From positions 4,526,001 through 4,590,000 of the forward strand of contig CP075497.1 of assembly GCA_021613535.1 (NCBI GenBank): 64,000 nucleotides of DNA. Reading direction: 5' to 3'. The stretch comes from Adineta vaga (Eukaryota; Animalia; Rotifera). The notes below the pieces were generated by a model. The model did no database searches. It saw nothing but the letters and a program-made list of their open reading frames with translations, and had not been told where the DNA came from. Below, piece after piece: positions 1 to 8,409 of this stretch; within the stretch, counting starts at the first letter, position 1; every line of letters begins with the position of its first letter. The position numbers and the translations under genes are program-made.

Positions 1-9
1 ATATACTTA

Positions 10-2013
10 TGAAAACCAAAGATCAACTGATGGAATTCAATCTATATCATAAAAATACACATGACCCAATACTTATTTATCGTGACCGTTTATCCACACG
101 ATTGTATCGTATTTTATTAGTTTTTTCGATATGTATACCATTATTATTCATTAAAATCTAACAGTTAAATCGATTAGTGAGATCGTTGCAAACCCATCTA
201 ACGAAATATATGAAGTATTGAAAAAAAATATTCATCAACATTAAGATGTCCTTGTACACAAATGTCTATTCAATATGAAGATTTTATCAACATACCAATG
301 AGATATCATCAAATTTGTTCGAGTGATTTTATTCAACCATGGTGGTACCAAAGTATACTTCCTCAAAATACTTCAGATATGGTAATACCTAAATTTGTCT
401 CATTAAGACTGAGTTTATCTATCGCATATCTTTGACGAAAACATTACTTCATAGTAATCAATATGTAAGTAATATGTAATATGTGAACATTCTTATTCAA
501 GAATAAAAACGAAACCAACATATTCTCTCAATGAAAATAATACAAGATGTTATTGTGTTATTGATTCAATATGTAATTTAGACAATCGATCTGTTAGTAG
601 TGGTCTATATATTCAATTTGATTGGCAACTTGAAGGAATACATGAAGGTTACTCCATAGTTGATTCTGTATTAAAATCATCAATAATATGTTGGTTCAAA
701 ATCAATTGTATCAATAAGTTAAAACAACTTTTGAATGAGTCGAAAATTCCAATACCTTTCTCAATTACTCCATTTAATTCAATACTACCTAGTCGATATT
801 CTTCTGCAGCACCATTTGAATCTTATTTTGTTTATTCACTTATCAGAAGGAAAATGATTTTACATACATAATCATTATCAATATTAGTTTTATTGGTGGA
901 ATCAGTATTATTACTCATTATTAACATTATTTGTAAATTGGACATGGCGATTAAACATCTATGACAATGAATCAAATGATCCTGGAACTATTAATCGCGA
1001 AAGATTGAGTACAAGATTAAATTTTGTCATCTTATTCATTTTATTTTATACCTTAACTATATATTCAATGATCGCTCAAGATAGACCTATCAATATAGTT
1101 TTTTCCAATCCAGCTGAAAGTGATTATAAAAAGTTAATGATATTGTATTCAACACAACTTCAGTATCCTCGTCAGAAAATATCTGTTGAATACAAATATT
1201 TCACTGATATTAGTACAACGTTCCATCAAATTTGTTAGTATAGTATGGCGTGAGTGTGTGTTTCTTGATGAGTATTGCTATAATTATTCAAGAACTGACA
1301 TTCGTTCACGTGGTAGTATCTATTTTTTATTTCTTTCAACTTTATGTCGACTATCCCAAACAATCGTAAATAATGCTATTGATCAATTTCTCAATAAATC
1401 ATTCATCAATACTCGAGTCATATCAAAATCTGAATGTCCTCTTCGAATTAACGACACATTATTGAATGATAATGGAAGATGGATGTTCTTCCGAAACGCA
1501 ACGTAATTGCAGTGAATCAGGTGAAATTTATTATGATACTTCAGATAAGCGAATATTTGCACTACCTGGATGGAATATTGGATGTTCAGTAGTTGAAACA
1601 ATCTTACAATCAACACTTGAATGCTTTTATGATCGAGTATGTCTACAATCCTTACTATTCTATGCAACAACAGTCTTAAATCGATATCCCTATGAAATGA
1701 ATATAACAGCTATGGATTCTTCGAAAACAAGCCGTTTCAGACGTGATACTTTCATTCAAAACATAGTTGATGAATTATTCGTTGGAGAATGCAAAATAAA
1801 TAAATATTATTCATTATTTTATCATGCGTGTGCTCCAATTTATTGTTCATATACAATTCGTAAAGAAAATTATTATATATATACAACAGCAACATTGTTA
1901 GGATTATTTGGAGGAATAACTATTGTATTGAAACCAATTGTTCCAGTTTTCATAAAACTAACCTTCAAAATTATACATCGATACCAATGAAGTAGAATTG
2001 CTCCATCTGCATA
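10..2013 (+). pseudogene. Degraded member of an uncharacterised Cys-motif multi-pass membrane protein family that appears expanded in bdelloids
   Basis: Fragments in shifting frames carry repeated family-like motifs (LRCPC..SIQY..FI..YHQICSSDF near 241-330; LQYP..ISVEY..FHQIC in ORF 1005-1238; LECFYD, CAPIYCSY and LLGLFGG in ORF 1466-1990), broken by frameshifts and stops. Family assignment is from memory. Confidence 0.6.
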
Positions 2014-2247
2014 GTTTATATTTGTCGTCGAACAGTTTTATAAAAAATGACATAAAACTTTTCTTTATCTCTATGAACTTTTTCTACCGATATTCTCAAA
2101 TTTTCTTTCAAATATAATAATCAGCGTTGATGTAATAGATGTGGATATTTCTTACGTGTTTCAACTTCACGCTCATCCTTAAGCATCACTAATGAATATA
2201 AGCTAATCCTGACATTTTTTCTTTTTTTTACCATTTATAATAAAAAA

Positions 2248-2350
2248 TGTTGCTCTGGCAGATCAATGTTACCATCGATCCGCTTGATTTCGTCATCGCA
2301 ACATGTATTCTATTTTTTTTATATATACCTTTTGGTAAGTTGTAATAAGC
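2248..2350 (-). ncRNA. SL RNA: Spliced-leader RNA gene, type A copy 1 (SL-A1)
   Basis: Minus strand reads AAGTT|GCTTATTACAACTTACCAAAAG|GTATAT. The exon (2350-2329) is 1 mismatch from the bdelloid SL and is followed by a GT donor. About 103 nt with a structured 3' stem; PSE-like box 38 nt upstream. Confidence 0.88.
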
Positions 2351-2460
2351 AACTTTCTCCACGATCAAAGATCCACGCCCTCTAGCGTGTCTCTACACTT
2401 TCTCCTTTTTTCTTTCCTTTCTATACATCAGATATATACAGAATATCATTGAATAAAGTT

Positions 2461-2555
2461 ACTTACTACAACTTATACCAAGAGGTAAATGATCTTACTA
2501 AATCAAATTCATGTTGTGTAGATTGGTGATTAACACTGATCTACCAGAGCAGCAC
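2461..2555 (+). ncRNA. SL RNA: Spliced-leader RNA gene, variant type B copy 1 (SL-B1), possibly promoter-damaged
   Basis: AAGTT|ACTTACTACAACTTATACCAAGAG|GTAAAT, a 24-nt exon at 2461-2484. 3' hairpin GTAGATTGGTG-ATTAA-CACTGATCTAC. The PSE-like remnant is only 17 nt from the start (~22-nt deletion). Confidence 0.75.
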
Positions 2556-2664
2556 TCTTTCATTCAAAACAAAGCAAAGAAAAAACAATCTAATGTAATT
2601 TCGTTTCATTACGAAATAATTCGATGACTATTTTCGTTCGGGTAAAAAAAACTAAAAATGAAAT

Positions 2665-2674
2665 GTGTGCAGAC
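2665..2674 (+). promoter_or_regulatory. PSE-like snRNA promoter element GTGTGCAGAC (U2 copy 1)
   Basis: The same 10-mer lies exactly 38 nt before +1 in all three U2 copies (2665-2674, 3792-3801, rc 5102-5111). Related boxes lie 37-39 nt before five SL genes. Confidence 0.75.
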
Positions 2675-2712
2675 ATGGTGGAGAAAAGAGAAAGGAAATG
2701 TTGCAGTTAGTT

Positions 2713-2904
2713 ATCGCTTCTCGGCCTTTTCGGCTAAGATCAAAGTGTAGTATCTGTTCTCGTCGGTTTGAAAGCCGGCGCTGGTCTCATTGAGGCCAGG
2801 CTCTTTCAAGCAGATTTTTGGACATGGGCCAGGATCACCCGAGTTCACTCGGACCTGTGCCACGGATCGTCTCGACACTGCAGTGCCGTCGAGTTTGGTC
2901 CACT
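2713..2904 (+). ncRNA. U2: U2 spliceosomal snRNA, copy 1
   Basis: 5' ATCGCTTCTCGGCCTTTTCGGCTAAGATCAAAGTGTAGTATCTGTTCT matches U2. Branch-recognition GTAGTA, stems IIa/IIb, Sm site AGATTTTTGG and SL-IV loop ACTGCAGT are all present; 192 nt. Confidence 0.97.
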
Positions 2905-2929
2905 CCCGTTTTCCTTCGGGACAACGGGA
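2904..2929 (+). other. Conserved cUUCGg hairpin immediately 3' of U2 (also 4032-4057 and rc 4847-4872)
   Basis: TCCCGTT-N-TCC-TTCG-GGA-N-AACGGGA in all three copies; only the unpaired N/N position varies. Confidence 0.75.
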
Positions 2930-3319
2930 ATCATTCTAACAAAAACTTATAATGAAAATCAGCTATAGTAATTTCCCTACTTTATTCGATCACAAAGTCA
3001 ATTCAAAGAAAACGTCTCGGAACAAATAATAAAAGAGTGAAAGAATGTTGAACAGATACTTGTTCACTTCTAATATCCATCTTCATAATCGATACATCTT
3101 ATTTTGATAAAGTATCTGTTATTTAATCCTACTATGGTTACATCTCTTCCAAATAAATCCAGTAGATGAAATACTTATACTATTTCACTTCTTATTCTTC
3201 TACATCTTTTTATCAAAGGTATATATAGTAGTGTATGTATAAAATAACTTGTTCAGTTGACTGATTGCTAATGTATGAGGACGACTCTCGTACTATTTTT
3301 CATTTATATTTGATTAAAG

Positions 3320-3425
3320 TGTTGCTCTGGCAGATTGATGATGAACATCAATCCACATTTTATCGTCATCGCAACCTATATTTGTATTCATATGGATATA
3401 TACCTTTTGGTAAATTGTAATAAGC
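3320..3425 (-). ncRNA. SL RNA: Spliced-leader RNA gene, type A copy 2 (SL-A2)
   Basis: Minus strand AAGTT|GCTTATTACAATTTACCAAAAG|GTATAT (exon 3425-3404); 106 nt. PSE-like GTGTAAAGAC 37 nt upstream (rc 3463-3472). Confidence 0.85.
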
Positions 3426-3556
3426 AACTTTCTTCTTTTCCAAGGAGAACGCCCGCTCTTCTGTCTTTACACTTTTCTCTTTTTTCTTTCTTTTACATAC
3501 ATCAGATATCTACGGACTGGAGAAACATCGTTTTCTTCACATCATCGACGAAAGTT

Positions 3557-3665
3557 GTCTATTACAATTTACACCAAGAGGTCAATGATCTTACTAGATC
3601 ACATACATGTTGCGATGACGATAAAATGTGGATTGATGTTCATCATCAATCTACCAGAGCAGCAC
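3557..3665 (+). ncRNA. SL RNA: Spliced-leader RNA gene, variant type B copy 2 (SL-B2)
   Basis: AAGTT|GTCTATTACAATTTACACCAAGAG|GTCAAT, a 24-nt exon at 3557-3580. GATC-TTACTA-GATC hairpin, then a full 3' stem. Confidence 0.8.
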
Positions 3666-3839
3666 TTTAATCAAACTAATATAAATGAAGCAATAGCAAT
3701 CATCACTCGTAGTTTCGTAACAGTGTATTTTTTCATCACGATATTACGAAAATCAATCAGTGACTCATATCGCATCAATTAGAAATGAATGGTGTGCAGA
3801 CGTAGTGCAGAAAAGGGAGAGGAAATTGTGATCGAAGTT

Positions 3840-4032
3840 ATCGCTTCTCGGCCCTCTCAGGCTAAGATCAAAGTGTAGTATCTGTTCTCGTCGGTTTGAA
3901 AGCCGGCGCTGGTCTCATTGAGGCCAGGCTCTTTCAAGCAGATTTTTGGACATGGGCCAGGATCACCCGAGTTCACTCGGACCTGTGCCACGGATCGTCT
4001 CGACACTGCAGTGCCGTCGAGTTTGGTCCACT
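3840..4032 (+). ncRNA. U2: U2 spliceosomal snRNA, copy 2 (stem-loop I loop variant)
   Basis: Identical to copy 1 except the SL-I loop reads CTCTCA instead of TTTTC; flanks are diverged. Confidence 0.96.
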
Positions 4033-4871
4033 CCCGTTCTCCTTCGGGATAACGGGAATCATCTCACCAAAAAAATAATGAAAAAAGAAAATACCTTATA
4101 ACGAACTTCTTTTGTTAAGAAGTACAAATTAGTATCATAATTGCTCTTCGTCCATTGTTTTCTTTTCCATTAAAGCAAAGTTCGTTACCGTTATGATAAA
4201 AATGAAATTCAACTGTTCAAGCCTCTTCTCGAATCATATTTAATGACAAATATGGATCAATGAATGTAGAATGTCATTCTTCACATAAGAATATCTACAT
4301 ATCGACTTACTCAATGAGAGGGTAGAGAGCGGAAGTATCATTTCAGTGTTCTTAGATAAAATATCTCGCGATTTCTTGTTCAAATAAACATCTTGAAAGA
4401 CCAGCTAATTTCAGAAATATACTTGAAAATTCTATTAACCAAAATTCATCAATAAACTTCTAATCATCATTTTGAATCGAAATGTAGGAACTTCGAAGGT
4501 AGATTTATAATGTATCGTAGACGTGCTGTTAAGACATGATTATCTTGACAGATCTAACTTTGATCATTGTAATATAAATATGATTGAATGTTGTTAATAT
4601 ATATGTAGTGCTTTCCAGTCATTTGTGTTTCAATGCTATGTAGATAATGAGTTTTTCTCTCGTACTACTTTCTCTCATGTGTCTATTAAAGGGAGCTTAG
4701 GAAGAGATAAGAGATTTCACAAGCTTCGAACGGAATCATAGCGATGATCTGTTAAAAGAGCACTATTCTGCATCTTCATTTCCTACTGCAACAAAGTAAG
4801 AAAATAAGTATATCTGATTTTCATTATAAGTTTTTGTTAGAATGATTCCCGTTGTCCCGAAGGAGAACGGG

Positions 4872-5063
4872 AGTGGACCAAACTCGACGGCACTGCAGTG
4901 TCGAGACGATCCGTGGCACAGGTCCGAGTGAACTCGGGTGATCCTGGCCCATGTCCAAAAATCTGCTTGAAAGAGCCTGGCCTCAATGAGACCAGCGCCG
5001 GCTTTCAAACCGACGAGAACAGATACTACACTTTGATCTTAGCCGAAAAGGCCGAGAAGCGAT
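4872..5063 (-). ncRNA. U2: U2 spliceosomal snRNA, copy 3
   Basis: Reverse complement of copy 1, with near-identical flanks. Confidence 0.97.
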
Positions 5064-5220
5064 AACTAACTGCAACATTTCCTTTCTCTTTTCTCCACCA
5101 TGTCTGCACACATTTCATTTTTAGTTTTTTTTACCCGAACGAAAATAGTCATCGAATTATTTCGTAATGAAACGAAATTACATTAGATTGTTTTTTCTTT
5201 GCTTTGTTTTGAATGAAAGA

Positions 5221-5315
5221 GTGCTGCTCTGGTAGATCAGTGTTAATCACCAATCTACACAACATGTATTTGATTTAGTAAGATCGTTTACCTCTTCGTA
5301 TAAGTTGTAATAAGT
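5221..5315 (-). ncRNA. SL RNA: Spliced-leader RNA gene, variant type B copy 3 (SL-B3)
   Basis: Minus strand AAGTT|ACTTATTACAACTTATACGAAGAG|GTAAAC (exon 5315-5292). PSE-like ATGTGCAGAC 39 nt upstream (rc 5355-5364). Confidence 0.8.
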
Positions 5316-5644
5316 AACTTTATTCGATGATGTGAAGAGAACGATATTGTTTTAGTCTGCACATATCGGACGTATGTAAACAAAAGAAAAGTGACGTCAC
5401 TAGGATATGATGTCATCGATCGACTGCTTGTTTAATTAATACAATGATCATGAATGACTATTGTGCATTCTCAATGAGAGTAATGATAAGATGTAGAATT
5501 AGAGATGGAGTTTTACGTAGAAAGTGTTGAATGTTAGGAGATCTTGTGTTTGGGGAAAACCTCTGATGTGATAGTTGAACGATTGTAAAGTGTAAAGTGT
5601 AGAGACACGCTAGATGGCGTGGATCGTTGACTATGGAGAAAGTT

Positions 5645-5749
5645 GCTTATTACAACTTACCAAGAGGTATATATAGAAAAAGATAAAATACATGTTGCGA
5701 TGACGAAATCAAGCGGATTGGTGGTAACACTGATCTGCCAGAGCAACAT
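5645..5749 (+). ncRNA. SL RNA: Spliced-leader RNA gene, type A copy 3 (canonical bdelloid SL)
   Basis: GCTTATTACAACTTACCAAGAG (5645-5666) followed by GT equals the published bdelloid leader GGCTTATTACAACTTACCAAGAG (recalled) minus its first G. About 105 nt; PSE-like GTGTAGAGAC at 5597-5606, 38 nt upstream. Confidence 0.93.
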
Positions 5750-8409
5750 TTTCGTTTAAAAGAAAATGAATAAAATTGATATCTATCGACCAAGGAACAA
5801 TGTGTTTGAATGTAGGTAGTATCGACTTCATTGCTATATCCTAATATCTGATAAAAGGTTAAAGACCATAAAACTTTATAGATAAGATGTTGATCGAACG
5901 ATCTCTGTTTAGTTTTTTTCCCTGATATCCATACACATACTTGACTAGAACAAGTGTATTTTCAATGAACTCAAAATGATGTGCTGAAAACCTACTCAAT
6001 ATTCAAATGAAATTCCATTCCAATATCATCAATAGAGTAAAAACTTGGGCAATGACATGAAGCGAATTGTTCCGATCTCACAAGCACGCATTTACTTATT
6101 TGAAGTATTAATCGGAAAGAAAATAAAAGATATTGCTAATTAACTTATTACACTTCACTTTTATTCATGTTCGGTCTTAGCTTATGGATGAACAATCTGC
6201 ATAATTTACATAGTTTAAATGAACACTTCGTCAGGTCTGTTTAAGTCTCTATTTTTTTTTTCTTTTTCCATCTTTGTAAACTATTGATGAAAGGTGAACT
6301 TCCTTGTCTTTCTTTGTCTTTTGATGGAAATAAACAACTAACGAAGAAGATATAAACAGAACAGAAAGTAATTGGATGTTCATGATCAGTCTTTACTCCT
6401 CCGGCGTTAGTCCATAAGAAGCAGCATCGAAATGGCTATTTCAGAAAAAATGTGTTCTTAACTCAATTCTGTTTTTATTATGATTATTGTTTTTTTTTCT
6501 ATAAAACTTTGCTAGTTTAATTAAACTCGTTATCTTATTCTCTCTTTATTTCTTTTATTGCTGATGGTTCATTATGTTATTAGTATCTTTTGTTTGTTCT
6601 TTATATGTCATTGTTGATAATATCGATCGTGAGTTATTTAAAATCTCGAATAAAACTTTATCAAATCACTAAAAACAATGATTATAACAGAATTTTTATA
6701 TTCATTTTACAAATATGTAATTCCTATTACTTTACTACCCAGTTTCTTATTTTTTGAATGAAACATTTCCAATTTATCATCAGCTGTTCAATAGATGAAA
6801 CAACACGTAAAACACGATCTTCATATCTTTGTTATAAAGAGTATCTTTTAAAATGATCGAATATTTCATGTAATAACTTAACTAAACAAAGATGAGAGTG
6901 AGTATAAAGATCACCCAGTCCAAAGGGAAAAAAACAAACACTTAGTACAAGTATTCGAATAATTTCTATGTCTGCACGTGAAATGTCGAAATTCTAACCA
7001 TTTGTATTTTACTAGCTTATTATTGAATAAAGATTTATATTGATTAGTTATGAAAAGAACTATTGCAACATTCATATGAATGATAGAAAGAAGAGATCAA
7101 ATGAGTTCTAAGTTTTTAGTAATTACATTAACACAAGCAGATCTCGAAGATGGTTAAGAACGATTGTTTGACTTGTTATATTGTCAATATAAGCTCCAAT
7201 TACGACTATATTTGTAATCAAATAGAAAAGAAACGAAGTGTTTTGCTTCATTTTGCCTTAAGCATAGCATTGTATTCTTGTTATTTGACATATTTATTAG
7301 ATCTCAAAATACTTTTAATCAAATAACTACGAAATACTATCTCGTCATTTTCTTCTAGCAAACCGATAAACATAAATACACTTCGTATCGTGAGAAATCT
7401 TTAGGATTATTTAATAAATCCTGAGAAGCATTAGTAGTGGTTTATCATGTGTTGAAATATTAGAACCTTTTATAGTTAAACGGGCCATTTTATTTTCTTC
7501 TGATAGAACAGGCACTCATCAACGTATTTTGAAGAGTTTGCAAATAGCAATTCATTGTATGTCTTTTTCTATTATATCTATAGATGTATGGATGTCTGCT
7601 AGCTTACAAACGAGTATTATATCTTAGTAAAACACGAAACTAATCCATGCCTACAGCTTGTCGATGCAATTTATATTAATAACTCTGTATATGAATATAG
7701 AATAGAAGTTTGAAGCAAAATAAAATAAAAATAGATTTATGATACTCTTCTGCAGTTTCTCATATCTAATTCAAGAGAAGCAAATGCCAGTTAGAAAAGA
7801 AAGAAAAAGATAAATTTCGTGGTTTTAATTGCAAATAAATATGGAAGAGAAGAGAAAGAAACAACCTTGATTATTTTAATGTCTGAAAAAGGACAGCTGA
7901 AGAAAGAGAGAGAGAGAGATAAGAACACGCATGAACGCCTTCGAAACAAAGTACCTTTAAAGAATCCGTTGTGAGTGCATCCTTTTCTCATTTATCTCGG
8001 CCTGGATAAAGAATAAAGAAAAAAAGAAGCAAGATTTCGACTGACAAAAAGCAAATATATTTTTGGCACTTTGTCGATGCTTTCATTCTATTCTTTAATA
8101 GAGAGAGAAAGACAAGACGAAAAAACCCAATGCCTAGATCAATATATTTTACTGATTGAAGTCGATTGGTGAGTATAAAAGAGAGAGAGAGAAAGAAAGA
8201 AAGATGATATCAAAAGTAAGAAAAAATGATTATGTTTGCGGTTGTTTTATATCAAATAGAAGAAAGTTTTATATTCAAGTGACAGCTGTTGCGTTGATTG
8301 ATTTTTATTAAATTTTATCTACTTATTACATACGTATATACTTGAATCAATCCGAGACTTATTCATTTATTAATATTTTAGAAAAAGTTCGATAGAAATA
8401 AATAATATA

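Larger units (their letters stand above)
4813..5320 (-). repeat. Near-identical inverted duplicate of ~2456-2963 (SL-B + spacer + U2 + 3' flank)
   Basis: The SL-B/U2 spacer and the 3' flank AATCATTCTAACAAAAACTTATAATGAAAATCAG match unit 1 as reverse complement. Confidence 0.9.

Noticed and set aside
2248-2556. Long imperfect palindromes (also 3299-3689 and 5221-5749) read as MITE/foldback transposons or siRNA hairpins
   Set aside because: No target-site duplications are evident. Each arm has its own SL exon, donor, promoter box and strand-specific G-U stems, so these are two divergent genes.
4655-4692. CTCTCGTACTA...ATTAAAG similarity to the SL-A2 3' flank (3284-3319)
   Set aside because: Too short and AT-rich to call a further cassette remnant or a 3' box; no SL exon nearby.
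2768-5008. Three near-identical ORFs MKAGAGLIEARLFQADFW... (2768-2968, 3896-4078, 4763-5008)
   Set aside because: They start at TTG inside the U2 snRNA genes; the conservation is explained by the RNA, not by a protein.
5695-5712. GCGATGACGAAA as a hammerhead ribozyme core (Penelope/Terminon type)
   Set aside because: It lacks CUGA, has no stem II between GA and GAAA, and has no stem III or cleavage triplet.
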